Positions 43,534 through 55,264 of a DNA stretch of 64,000 nt are shown one piece after another. Under the pieces are notes generated by a model. That model saw only the letters and a list, made by a program, of their open reading frames with translations. It was not told where the DNA came from and searched no databases. The DNA is from Diplonema japonicum (taxonomy: Eukaryota > Protista > Euglenozoa: Diplonemea). Position 1 is the first letter of the stretch. The number at the start of each line of letters is the position of its first letter. Location: assembly GCA_964019335.1 (NCBI GenBank), contig OZ025736.1, positions 124,001-188,000 of the forward strand, read 5' to 3'. Position numbers and translations under genes: made by a program.

Positions 43534-46500
43534 TCACATCCCAGGCTCAACGTCTTGGCGTGCCATCTCGAGGAGCATCTCGTCGTCGAAGTACTTGTTG
43601 ATGCTGACGTTTTCGGCCATTCCCTTCCGCCTCCTCGTCTTCACCATGTAGTCGCGGGCAAGGAAGTGCGGCTGGCTGGGCTCCAGAGGCCTAAGGACGA
43701 TGTCCCTGTCAAGCGGGTCACCAGGTACGATGGACCAGTGATCGAACACAGACTGAATGAAGGCCTGCCCCTGCGTGTGAGTCCTCAGGTCTGTCTCCAG
43801 ACCGAAACTGTCCATGATCGGCACGTAGCCCTTAACTACGTACAAGGGCGTCCCCGGTTTCCCCTCGTCGCTCTCCAAGTTACCCCTCCTCCTGGCCATG
43901 ATGGTGTAGATCGCTGCGATGCAGTCCACAGGTGTAACTATCTCCACTGCGTAGATGGGCTCCATTAATCGAGGGTTTGCGAGCAAGAATGCCGAGTAAG
44001 CTACCCTGCGTGCGGTGGGGATAATCTGTCCGCTCCCCTTGTGGATGGCTTCCTCTGCCACGGACGCGTCCATGAGCTGCGTGTGTTGTGTTTCTCACTC
44101 TAGCATCATACCTTGAACTTCACACCCCTGATGCGCTCATCACAAAGTGGTCCCTCTCGTGTCCCCCACTGGAAGCCCTGCACTACGGAGTCCTTGATGC
44201 TAAGCAGGCCTGGGCGGTCGACCTGATTTTATGTTGTATTGCTTTGCAGTAAAAATACATACCTCAGAAGGAATAGTGTCGTCAAGCAGAACATTGGGGC
44301 CTTGAGTGTCGGGGCCGAACCTGTGTAGGGTGTATGGAACAGATTTGATGTGCATACGCCCACACAGAACGAGCTGCCAGCGTGTCCCAGCCAAACTCAT
44401 TCTCGAAGTACATCCTGACGGTCTTCTTGCCCATGTCCAGGCTCACGGCTGTGTTTGTGTGACATGAATACATTCGTACATACCCTTCTTCTCAATGGCC
44501 GTCGCCAAGCCCTTCTCCAAAGGCTCTGCCATCATCGCGATCTTGTTTTTCTTGTTCGGTGTTTCCGCAAAGCACTTCATTGCCGACGTCTCGATCACCG
44601 TCTCACAGAAGGTTGTGACGGGGTCCGCCACCTTCACCTCGACATCCTCCTCAGTGTACATCTTCCTCAGATCATGCATGATGCAATCCAAGTGAATCTC
44701 GCCGGTCCCAATCACAACATGCTCACCACTCTCCTCTTGCTTCACCTGAGCCAGAGGGTAGGTTTTCTCAATCTTTCGCAGTCCCTCCACCATCTTCGGC
44801 AGCTCGCTGGGTGACAGTGGTTCCACCGCGATCTTCACCACTGCTGAAGTCGGGAAGCTCAGGCGGCTGAAGACACGTGCGTTATCGTTCTTCGTACTGC
44901 AGATGGTTGCTGTCTTGATAATCGTGTTGTCAACACCCTCTATAAGCACCCATGACCCTGCAGGCGCACTGTCGATCTCAATCTTATGGCGGCCCTGTAT
45001 TGTAAATTGTTATTCACGAGCCACCTCAGTCATACCTGTGCAAGCCAAAGGCGCTGTGTTTCGGCAATGGCCACGTCCTCAGGGTCGTCTTCTGTGTACG
45101 ACTCACCTAAGACACGCACTTGCGAGTCCGACTTCAGCACACCGGACATCACTCTGCCGTAGGCGTCGAAGGTTGAGGCGTCATTTCTGTGGAACAGTTT
45201 TGTAATGTACACCATGAGTTCACCGTCCTTGTCGCACTTCAGCATGGACTGGGCGGTAGGGTCACTCATGGACCCTGTGTAGAGCCACGGCACCCGCGAC
45301 TGTGCCGAGTCAACGGGGTTGGGGAAGGCCTCAACGCACATCTCTACGAACCCAGATGGGTTCTCGAAGAAGCGTGACGCCACTAACTTCAGAAGCGGCT
45401 CGGCATCTAAGCGCTGCTCGTACCTGAAGAGGTGCACGCCTAGATCGTCGACTGTCTTCTTCAACTCTTTGCCTTCCTCGCTTATCACCTTCCCAAATAT
45501 CTTGTAAAGAGGTTCCAAGATGAATGTAACGAATGATATCTTGTCGTCGTTGTCCTCCTTGCTCCTGCTGAACTTGCGAGTCTCCTCGCTGTAGTAAATG
45601 TCGCCCCACAGTCTTTTGCTAAACCTGTCCACGTCAAACGATCCCCCGTAGAAGTCCCGATAGATCCTTGCAAAGGACTTAACAGTGAAGCTGAACCCGT
45701 ACCTCCCAGACGAGAAGCAGACGTTGCCCTGCTCAGGGCTGAAGCGCGGAGGGCGGCTGTAGTTGGGGTGGAGAGGTGTGTATTCAGAGATGAAGGTGTT
45801 GAGCTCACCGATGACGTGCTGTATTTTGCGGAAGGCGTCGTGGGGAGGAAGCTTCAGTTCTAGTATGAGTCTGTCCATCTTGTTGAAGAGGAGGACAACA
45901 GGGAGGCCCTGCGACAGCACTTGGCGCAGGATCTGCTTTGTGTTCACCATGACACCCTCAACGGCGTCAACGACAAGCACTACACCGTCGCTGATGGCGG
46001 TGCTGGCGCAGACCTCGTCGATGAAGTTGACGTGACCCGGGGTGTCGAACATGTTGAACAGGTAGTTCTTTCCTTTCTCGCTCTCCAGCAGAGTTGAGAC
46101 AGGTGTAGGCTTAATAGAAATACCCCTATCCTGCTCGTCGAGTCTGATGTCGGTGTACCTGCCCGTCTCGTTCAGCAAATAGTCCATGAAGGTAGTCTTC
46201 CCGTGCCCGAGATGCCCCGCTAGTGAGACGTTCCTGATAAATTTCGGCTCCTTCATAAGGTGAGTGATATAATCGTCCTGCGATCCGAGCTTCTTCCCCT
46301 TCTCCTTAGTTGCCGTGTTGAAGTTCTTCTCCACTTTCGGTGCGATGATCGGCTTTTCAATAGGCTGTGCGTCCTCTTCGCCCACTACTACTTGCACGTC
46401 TTCTCCGTACACCTCTTCCGCATCGGGGTAGTACTTCTTGTCTTCATGCAGCACGATCGCACCCTCACCAGGTACCTTGTCCACATCCATTTCCTCCTCT

Positions 46501-46610
46501 TCTTCTTCTTCATCTGATGACGACGAGGACGATGAGGGGTCTGACTCCGCCTTCTCACTTCCCTCGATCTCTCCTATGAAATTCCCGAACTCATCATACT
46601 GCCCGTCCAT
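43534..46610 (-). CDS. SNU114: U5 snRNP GTPase SNU114/EFTUD2
   Basis: Motifs [39 protein letters not shown] and [16 protein letters not shown]. Introns at 44995-45035, 44449-44483, 44321-44357, 44223-44262 and 44077-44111. Confidence 0.97.
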
Positions 46611-47021
46611 GTTGGCGGCCACCCACCTGCGTGTTTTAGGGAAACTGTATAATGGCTTTTACGTATCGTGGAAACAACGGCTTTCAGTCAGTTGTAACAA
46701 CAACATGGAAGATGAAGAGAAAATTGAATTGTGTTGAGGAGGTAAGGTGCCATAGCAATTCCATCCCACTTTGCAAGAAAAGGTTTAAGAAGACGAAGGT
46801 TCCACTGTCAGTAAAGACTGTCACAGTTCCCTCGCTTTGACTCACACCAAAGAAAAAAAAGGGGGGGGATGAAAGAAAAAAAGGAAAAGGGGTAAGAGAA
46901 CTTAAGTAAGCCCTTCTTGCGTGCGGTTCCTGGGGTGCTTGCACATCGATGTCACCTGCTGGAGTGGATGCTTTCATAACTAGGTGCTGGGGGGGAATAA
47001 GAGGCAAGGTATCACTGCTGA

Positions 47022-48740
47022 CTACGCGGTGGGGTCAGGGTACACCCCCACAGCTTCTATTAGCATCATTGCTATGGTATCAGTTTCAGCAAAGGCAGGC
47101 AGAGCCAAGCCCATACGCGCGGCCCACTTTCTCAAGCAGTCATCTGATGCGTTCTGTGAATAGTGTTTTGCTATCCCATAAGCATACCTGGTAGGCGCTG
47201 TATTCAGAAGGCAGCTCGTGTGCAACAAGTGGGTCTTCCTCCGGGGGCACCGGTGTGAGGTTGATTGGTTTCAACGCTTTTTCCGCGTACGGCAGATTCA
47301 AGAATGCTACCTTGATCCTATCATTCACAGAACCTCGCACGCGACCCAGCTTCCCGTTTAACTGTGAGAATCGTGACTTCTTAATCCGAGCATACCGTAG
47401 CAGCACTGACTAGACCTCTCGCTTCCACCAGCATGTTCACTGGGTATGCAGGTGGGGCCTTTGGTGTTTCTGTCGTAGGTGCATTCACTGGTACAGTTGC
47501 CTCGAAGCTCTCTGGCACCCAGTCTGCCCCTTCAGACTCCAATCGGTTTATTGTTGTTTTGGGTTCGCTGAACTGCTTTTGTAGGAGTTCCGCGTTGACT
47601 TCGTACGCAGAGAACGCTGAGTTCGATATCTTTGTCACCGGCACTGTGATGGGACCCTTGCCGAAATCCACTACCACTGCTTGCCCGTTGCTAGACCACC
47701 TTAAGAACAGACCTGCCTGGTACTCGGTAGTCGATACCGTGACACGCAGTAGTGCCCCGGACATCTTTTTGTTCAGCACCTCGAGCGGACAAGTAGCCTT
47801 TATTTGCAAGAGCTTACGGCGTGGCACCCAACGCCTCTTCAGCTTGTCCAAGTCGTCTTGCTGAATGGCCGTACGCTGCTTCTTTGGAGTGGGCCCACCA
47901 CAGCTGTCGTCGAGTTTTCTTTTGGCCGGTTGCGTGTCGGGCTGCCTGTTAGAAATATCATGCTCAGCATGTGCTACGACAGCACTTGCCACTTGCTTGA
48001 GGACTTCCTCCTTATCGGGGTTCCCCGTTGCCTGCATCTTGTGAGTGTAGAGACGCGACTGTTCCAAAATGTGCCGCCACTCCGTAACAACATCAGGGCT
48101 CGTTGCGTGCAGGCCCCTGTGAGTGTTTTGCTAGATTACTATAAGAATACCTGAGCCCTTTCGTTTTGAGAAGCAGTTTCAGCACTGCGATACTCCCTAT
48201 GTGTTTTACTAAACGAGGACAGTAAGCCGTGAGTCGCCTGTTGAGGTACTCCGACAAGGTATTGGCTTGGCCTTCGAGGAGCTCGAGAGCTTCAAAGGTA
48301 GGCATGAGGGGGTGCATAAGAGCTGGGTTTGTCCTCCCCTTGCTGTTTAGCCGTGAGATAACTACTTTGTTGACCATTGGTGCGCACATGGCCCGTACCT
48401 CGCTGGAGCTGTAGTCATCGACCAGTGCAGCAGATATTGCCTGTGTGAGGGCAGCTTTAGCTCCTGCATCTATCGTTTTCTTTGCACCCATGATTCTTGC
48501 TACCTTAGCATATACAAGAGGGTCGGGCAACACCGTAGCAAGCTCGGGGAACAGCGGACTGTACTGCTCTACGACGAGGTCTGCCTTACACATGCCTTGT
48601 GCTTGGATCTCTGTCAACTGCCATAGACATTCTGAAAATAACTGGAACTCTGTGCCCTCTGTGTCCATAAGCTCGGGCTCTCCCTGAGCGGGTAACTCCT
48701 TAATCGCTTTTGCAAGTGCATCATAGTCAGCAACGGGCAT
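47022..48740 (-). CDS. Fusion protein: Prp31-like NOSIC/Nop region + Plus3 domain + SH3-like (GL..LNG) module
   Basis: YSPLFPELATVLPDPLVYAKV and RLTAYCPRLVKHIGS...KLL...KGL are Prp31/Nop-like; VPRRKL...GALLRV...ISNSAFSAYE is Plus3-like; LVEARGLVSAATLNGKLGRV...ALKPINL is the SH3-like module. Three 34-nt introns (48117-48150, 47362-47395, 47154-47187) join four ORF pieces in frame. Confidence 0.8.
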
Positions 48741-48817
48741 GGCGTTCGCTACCTTTTGTGTGATACGCAGAGTCGACTGGTAATAAGAATGAATAACTCC
48801 GTGTAAATTAATCTAGC

Positions 48818-51800
48818 TTATGGGTTCCCTGGGGCTGTCAAGGGGTTGGCTGTGCGATGGAGAAAACCTAGCAACTTCTGACTTGCCATTTCGTCGACAG
48901 ACCACAAGTAAAGTGACCAGTCGCCTGCCTTACGGGGCTTAGGTTTATAAGAGTGGATAACAAAAGCAGCGGTGCGTGTTGGGTTCACCACGAACCCCAC
49001 CGAGCGTTCGTCCTGTGTGCGTGTACTTACTTCAAGAAGGCATACTTGAGAAGCAATCTCGGCAACGTCAGCTAGCGAGCACCCTGCATGGAAATCGGAT
49101 ATCTCCACCTGCTGCGCCTCGGCGACGCTGTGTGTTGCCAAGTAGAATGGCCTGTGCACGGCGGAACTGCAGGTGGCCACGGGTCGTTCTGTTCCAGGTT
49201 CTTCTGATTGTTCGCTGGAAGGCTGCACCTGGGAACGTTGGGAATGCACACATCTGTTCGGGTCAGGTGGGTCAACAATACAACGCATGTCTGTGCTCTT
49301 CCAAAGGAAGCCCGCAGCCTCGTGCACACCATGCAGGGCACAGTAAAGCAGAAGCGAAGGCAGCAGGTAAGTCACAACATCATCCTTGGATGCATAGAGC
49401 AAAACTATGGCCGCTGCAGAAGTAACATCCAATGCATACAACAACAGCGATGCCTGCGCAGTTCCATACGGCCTCGCTGTGACAAGTAACAAGAGGTATC
49501 CCAGCAAGAAGGCAAGACACCATGAAGTTAACCGCCGTGCAGCTGCGAGAGAAACCAGCGCTGTGCGGAAGGAAGCAACGCACTGCCACCATGCTGGGGC
49601 GTGCTTGCTCCAGATAGAACTCGTGTTAGTGTGTCGCGTGCAAGTCAAGCAAATAACACAACATAAAACTGTCAGCACGCTAAGAGCCACAGGCATTGAG
49701 TAATCAAAACAAGGTGTCTCAGTGCGATGTTCAAGTACGCTAATTTTTCGCACGGTCCTGCATGGCCCCAGCCTGTCCGCAAATATCCATATAATTGGCA
49801 CCACTAGCACGTGGTTCGCGCTGATAAGTAGTATCTCTCTCTTGTGCTTGTCGTCTCGTGCCTTTGCTACAATCATCACTGCCAGGGCACCGGCTATCAT
49901 GCTCTCCGCATGTTCGGTGTTGTCAGTGATGCAATCAAAGCCAAGGTCTCTCTTGGGGGACGCCACTCTTCTTGGTTGGTACAGCCAGAGCACACCGCAT
50001 GCTAAACAATACACGACACCAGCACATACCAGGACACAGGTAATGTCGATCATTTTATGCCGTGAAAAGTCACTCGGCAGGAGGCACATCGCGAAGTGTG
50101 ACATCCCACCTATGCTTATAAGGTAGAGAAGTTCTGCTTCATCACCAACGCGAGGAGCGAGATTATGGTAAGAAGGATACAGCAGCATTAAGGGGGGCAC
50201 TAAGAAGCCAACGTTCAACAACAAGAAAATTATATTGAGCACGATGCTTGAATAGTATGCGGACGCAAGCAGCAGAGCCACGTAGACAGCTACCGCGGCT
50301 AAGACGCACAATGCAGCAACTACAAGAGAAGGGCATTGTAGGCAGTGTCCCCCAAGAGCAGATCTGTGGTCTCCAGCACATTCCCCACAAAGAGGCCCCT
50401 GAGTGCTTTCAGTGCAGAACGGGTCAATGCCTAAGCATCTTTCCCTGAAGTAACATTGTTCAGGCATATCAGTACCTTCTCTCCACCAACCCTGTTGTAC
50501 AGAAGTTTCTGTAGACCCATTGCACACCAACCCACGAGGGCATTCCACGCACCCCGAGTCAGCATCGTACAACAGAGTGTCGCTGCAAAGCCGCAAGGGC
50601 AGCCCGAAAGATGTATGGACGCCCATGGCAGCTACGACCACGTTATAGACAGCGGCAGAGGGTGCTGGGTATCGAGCAGTCAGGGTGCACACACCCTTTA
50701 TTGCCGTTGTGTTTAGCAAGACCCATTTTGTACATGTGTCCGTGCACTTCTCGACCCAAGCATTACAAGAGCCAAGAACCGTGTTGCCCCATTTGTCAAC
50801 GAGTGTGAAGGCTGTTGTCAAGGAGTCCGTGTTGTGGGTAGTCTCCATCCGCTGCAGGCCATTGACAGGGCCAGGATTTACCTCCAGCATGAAACTGCAC
50901 TGCATAAGATCTCCATGCTCGGTCGCAAGATTGAGGTCTACAGTCTGGCGTCCCGACAATGTCATTGGCACCGTTGCGTAGAAGGTATTTGGCATGACAG
51001 GTGACGGAAAGGCATTGTATTGAGCGACAGGCGTCACCACTGTGACCTTGCGAATAGTGAGGTCGATATTTGTGAACCCGTAGTGCGCCAGAGCAGTGAT
51101 TGTCCAGTTCGTCACGCTAGCAGAAATATTTCTCAAGATCTGCCCACAGGTCACGATGTACCCGTCCAGCGACACGATGCGGAGTACTGGTTGGTGCACA
51201 TCCAGCAGCACGACACTAGGTGGATCCTTCGGGAACACCAGACATCCTCCATGTGCACTGGGATGGCAAACCTTAACAGAAACCTTCTGAATTCCTAGAG
51301 TCAGCGAAGTATTCGGAACGATACACTCAAATAGCAAGAGACTGATTGAGTGCCCCTTCCATTCGTCAGGTCCAACTAAGCAACTGATGCACCCCGGGCA
51401 CTTCCACTCAGTACCGACGAGTGCTCTCACTATAATAGGACTGGGGACTTTCGCAACAGGACCGGATACCAAATCTAATGTTTGGCCACTTTCAAGTTCA
51501 TCGCAACGGGTGCCAGTCACATCATCTACACACTTGCAGGAGCATGTCCCGGTTGCTGTTTGGTGGAACTCTCCCCAAGGTTGAGAACAGTAATCACTGG
51601 TAACTATGCACGCTCCGTTGCACCACGCGTAGCCTTCCTTGCACTTCGGGATGAATGTAGGTTCGGGTGACAGAGTTATCTGCACATCATGGGCATCAAA
51701 TGAAAGCGACAAAAATTCAATAATCATAGGGAGGGCATGAACCACATCGTCATGCGTCATATTGATGGGTGCGGCGATGCCGAGCACCCACATGGCAACG

Positions 51801-54800
51801 CCGCACAGTGGACAGGGCACGCTGAGAAGTTGTGCAAATCTAGAAGTGTCACAAGGGTCTAACAGAGAAGTGTCCGCTGCTGCTTGAGGCACCACGCACG
51901 AGTCTTCCAACACAACTCCGAAACCGCTCGCGTTGAGATCCTCTGCAAGTGTCGTAATGTTAACCTCATCAGGAGAAACGTACTTGCCTAAAGAGACGAC
52001 TGCCCTCCACCAGTTATCAAAAGTAGTTGTCATGCCACAATCAGCGGTACTGTCTAAGTTGCCTTCACAAGTATCACAATGAGCACCTGTCCAAAAATCA
52101 CGACACAAGCAGACACAGGCACCATCGGCTGCACGTACTTCGAGGGCACGGCCATGACAGTCTGCTTCAACTGTGCACAGCCTGCACGTGGGGTAGTCCA
52201 CACGATCCCCTGCACATATATTACAATCAGAACCTGAATAGGAATCCGGGCAAAGCGAACAGTCATCAGCGGTCCATCTATTCATACAGGTGCACACGCA
52301 GGTCTTCGCATCGTACGAAGTTACAGAGACGGACCTGGCGTTGCAATGTGTTGATGTGTTGCAGGCGCTACATTCTGGGTAGTCTATATAGCCGTAAGCA
52401 CAGTTATTGCACTCTGTATTATAAATGTTTTTACATGTTTCGCAATTCCTGCCTTCCCATTGATCATGGCACAAGCAAAGGCAAGCTACTTCAGGTTCTG
52501 AAGTGAGAGGTGCCGTGTAGTCCCGAAACGCAGCGTATGCTCTGCCATTACACAATTCAAGTGGACAGCTGGAACAGTGAGGGTAGGCAACCAGGCCATC
52601 AGTGCATCTATTGCAATGCACACCACCGTACGGTTCTGGGCACGCATCACAAAGTTCACCTGTCCAGTGGTTTGCACAGCTGCACACGCACGACATATTA
52701 GCACTATCCCTCTCAACACTCACTGCATGATCATTGCAGTGTGTAGTGTTGCTGCATTCAACACAAGTCGGGTAATCCACACCAGAAGCACACGCATCAC
52801 ATGTATCTGTATAACGTTCGTCACACACGTCGCAGTCACCGCCCGACCACATGTCTCTGCACCTACACATACATACATCATCGACAACAGCAGCTGCACC
52901 ATGACCATTGCAATGGACGTCATCACTACAAAGAGTACATGCAGGAAAGAAGGCCCTCCCATGCGCGCATGCATTGCAGTCAACATTGTAAATAACATCG
53001 CATATCGCACAGGCACTCCCCTGCCACATGCCCCCGCATGTGCACACACAACTCTCCATCTCTGCTACGATATGTTCAGCGTGGCCACTGCAGTGTGTTT
53101 CATTCGTGCATTCCACACACGAAGGGTATTGTATCCTGCCAACCTCACATTTGTCGCAGTCAGGCCCGTCATAAACTTCTGGGCATACACTGCAGTTCGG
53201 GCCTATCCATTGATGCTCACACTCACACAAACATCCAGACGGAAGCGTCGCCACGGATCTTGCGTGAGACGAGCAATCCGTGGACACGCTGCAGGTGTAC
53301 TTTAAGCTGCATGTTGGGTAATTTTCATGATCCGGAGCACAGGCAGCACACGTAGTTTGCACATAGCGGTCAGGACATACGCCGCACGCTGCACCCACCC
53401 AGCTGTCCGTACACTCACACCTGCACGTACCGCCATCTTCCCAAGAACGCAAGGCATGCCCAGAACAGTGCACCTCCAGTGAGCATGCTATGCATTCAGG
53501 GTAGTTGACACGGTTCGCCGCGCAGGAGTCACAAGATGTTTGGTTGAGCTCTGCCCTGCATGAAGAACAGGCACTGCCCTTCCACTGGGCAACGCACTCG
53601 CATTGACAGGTAGCATTTTGCACGTAGCACAGCTTTGTTGCTGTTGATATGCACTGACAATCGAGTTCAGCATCGAATCCTTCAGGGCAAACGTCACACT
53701 TTTGTCCTGACCAATAGTTGGCGCACTCACAAATGCAAGAACCTTGTATTGCAGTAACAGTTCTAGCGCCACTCGTGCAGTCAGTACCAACATCGCAAGG
53801 GCGGCACACGGGGAAGTCAACGGCATTCTGCACACAACGGGAGCAATCCTCGTCGATGCTGTAGGACGCAGGACAGAAGTCGCAGGTAGGGCCTGACCAA
53901 AAGTTCCTACATTTACACAAACAGCTTAAGCTATCAGTACTAGCTGCAACGTCTACAGCATGCGAACTGCAGTCTGAAGCAACATTGCACTCCCTGCACG
54001 AGGGGTAGCCCACGAAGCCAGAGCTGCACGTGTTGCAGTCTGCACCGCCGAAAGGCATTGGGCACTCGTCGCAACTGACGCCGATCCACTGGTTCGGGCA
54101 CTGCGAACAGATACAACGTGTTCGATTCTGGTCACTGGTCACAGCAGGCACTCCATGCACGACAAGGCATCGTAGATCTTGCAGCGAAACGCATGCTGTG
54201 CAAACAGGATAGTTGATTCTCCCAATCTTGCAATCGTTGCATGTGTCATGGTCATATGGCCCCGGGCACACACTGCATCCCATAGCGGACTGGGGCACGT
54301 GGGTACCAGTCCACATCCCGTGACACGCACATTCACAGTACGGCCCTGAGTCCTTGCTAACTAGATCTCCGTTATATGAACAGTGTTTTGGTTCGCACAT
54401 TTCGCACTTGGGAATACCCCCGTATGTTAGTGGCGCGCACTTATCGCAGGTAGCACCAATTCTGTCAGCACTGCACGTGCAGACGCAAGTAGTGTGGTCG
54501 GAGTTGGGTGTCACCTGCACAGCACGACCGTTGCAGTGGAGCAAAGACGTGCATTGGGTGCAAGTGGGGTATGATATCCTACCACTTGCACACGAGCTGC
54601 AAGTTTGCTGGTTGTAAATAAGAGGACACGAGTCGCAGTTGGATCCAGACCACTGGTCGATGCAGACGCAAACACAGAGTGACCCGTCGCCTTTTACAGA
54701 AGACGCTCTGTTGAAGCAGTCGGCGGCGATGGTGCATGCGATGCATTGGCCTTCAACTCTTCTGAAGGTGGGTTGGCAGTCGGAACAGGTTGCACCTGTA

Positions 54801-55264
54801 AAGCCGTCTTTGCAGATACAAGTACAGGTGCTTGTCGTGGGGTTGAAAACAGCTGCCGTGGTTGCCGTTGGTACACAGTCGATTGCAGCGTCGCACATGA
54901 CGCGCGAGAGGCAGAGAGCATCTGTCTGCGGTACGTAAGAGTAGACCGGGTGCTGCCCGTGACCTACTTGGTTAAAACTCCAACCAAGAAGAGATACCGC
55001 CGAAACTGCGTCCACGTTCATGTTGCACAATCGGAGCGTACTCCAAAAGATGATCGACAGGCAGCGGTCGTTGTCCAGTGTCTCGCATGCCACTGCGCAC
55101 TCATCGAGGTCGCTGACTTCCTTGCTAAGGTAGTTGAACCTGTCGTGCTGTGCATCTAAGCAAATCCCATTACCTACTGTAGCCCAGGCGTCTGCTTTTC
55201 CGAGACCATGTACCTTCGTAGGAAGCGTGGTCAGGGCTGCTGCGCTAAGCAGCTGCCACCACAT
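48818..55264 (-). CDS. Large Cys-rich receptor-like protein: signal peptide, PAN/Apple-like domain, EGF/laminin-EGF repeats, multi-pass TM C-terminus
   Basis: 2148-aa ORF with many C.GHA...C.C.C...W.G..C..C units, CPRGLVCNG...GWWR...C...GPLCGEC, and a hydrophobic C-terminal region. Confidence 0.88.
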   Translation of the reverse strand: MWWQLLSAAALTTLPTKVHGLGKADAWATVGNGICLDAQHDRFNYLSKEVSDLDECAVACETLDNDRCLSIIFWSTLRLCNMNVDAVSAVSLLGWSFNQVGHGQHPVYSYVPQTDALCLSRVMCDAAIDCVPTATTAAVFNPTTSTCTCICKDGFTGATCSDCQPTFRRVEGQCIACTIAADCFNRASSVKGDGSLCVCVCIDQWSGSNCDSCPLIYNQQTCSSCASGRISYPTCTQCTSLLHCNGRAVQVTPNSDHTTCVCTCSADRIGATCDKCAPLTYGGIPKCEMCEPKHCSYNGDLVSKDSGPYCECACHGMWTGTHVPQSAMGCSVCPGPYDHDTCNDCKIGRINYPVCTACVSLQDLRCLVVHGVPAVTSDQNRTRCICSQCPNQWIGVSCDECPMPFGGADCNTCSSGFVGYPSCRECNVASDCSSHAVDVAASTDSLSCLCKCRNFWSGPTCDFCPASYSIDEDCSRCVQNAVDFPVCRPCDVGTDCTSGARTVTAIQGSCICECANYWSGQKCDVCPEGFDAELDCQCISTATKLCYVQNATCQCECVAQWKGSACSSCRAELNQTSCDSCAANRVNYPECIACSLEVHCSGHALRSWEDGGTCRCECTDSWVGAACGVCPDRYVQTTCAACAPDHENYPTCSLKYTCSVSTDCSSHARSVATLPSGCLCECEHQWIGPNCSVCPEVYDGPDCDKCEVGRIQYPSCVECTNETHCSGHAEHIVAEMESCVCTCGGMWQGSACAICDVIYNVDCNACAHGRAFFPACTLCSDDVHCNGHGAAAVVDDVCMCRCRDMWSGGDCDVCDERYTDTCDACASGVDYPTCVECSNTTHCNDHAVSVERDSANMSCVCSCANHWTGELCDACPEPYGGVHCNRCTDGLVAYPHCSSCPLELCNGRAYAAFRDYTAPLTSEPEVACLCLCHDQWEGRNCETCKNIYNTECNNCAYGYIDYPECSACNTSTHCNARSVSVTSYDAKTCVCTCMNRWTADDCSLCPDSYSGSDCNICAGDRVDYPTCRLCTVEADCHGRALEVRAADGACVCLCRDFWTGAHCDTCEGNLDSTADCGMTTTFDNWWRAVVSLGKYVSPDEVNITTLAEDLNASGFGVVLEDSCVVPQAAADTSLLDPCDTSRFAQLLSVPCPLCGVAMWVLGIAAPINMTHDDVVHALPMIIEFLSLSFDAHDVQITLSPEPTFIPKCKEGYAWCNGACIVTSDYCSQPWGEFHQTATGTCSCKCVDDVTGTRCDELESGQTLDLVSGPVAKVPSPIIVRALVGTEWKCPGCISCLVGPDEWKGHSISLLLFECIVPNTSLTLGIQKVSVKVCHPSAHGGCLVFPKDPPSVVLLDVHQPVLRIVSLDGYIVTCGQILRNISASVTNWTITALAHYGFTNIDLTIRKVTVVTPVAQYNAFPSPVMPNTFYATVPMTLSGRQTVDLNLATEHGDLMQCSFMLEVNPGPVNGLQRMETTHNTDSLTTAFTLVDKWGNTVLGSCNAWVEKCTDTCTKWVLLNTTAIKGVCTLTARYPAPSAAVYNVVVAAMGVHTSFGLPLRLCSDTLLYDADSGCVECPRGLVCNGSTETSVQQGWWREGTDMPEQCYFRERCLGIDPFCTESTQGPLCGECAGDHRSALGGHCLQCPSLVVAALCVLAAVAVYVALLLASAYYSSIVLNIIFLLLNVGFLVPPLMLLYPSYHNLAPRVGDEAELLYLISIGGMSHFAMCLLPSDFSRHKMIDITCVLVCAGVVYCLACGVLWLYQPRRVASPKRDLGFDCITDNTEHAESMIAGALAVMIVAKARDDKHKREILLISANHVLVVPIIWIFADRLGPCRTVRKISVLEHRTETPCFDYSMPVALSVLTVLCCVICLTCTRHTNTSSIWSKHAPAWWQCVASFRTALVSLAAARRLTSWCLAFLLGYLLLLVTARPYGTAQASLLLYALDVTSAAAIVLLYASKDDVVTYLLPSLLLYCALHGVHEAAGFLWKSTDMRCIVDPPDPNRCVHSQRSQVQPSSEQSEEPGTERPVATCSSAVHRPFYLATHSVAEAQQVEISDFHAGCSLADVAEIASQVCLLEVSTRTQDERSVGFVVNPTRTAAFVIHSYKPKPRKAGDWSLYLWSVDEMASQKLLGFLHRTANPLTAPGNP

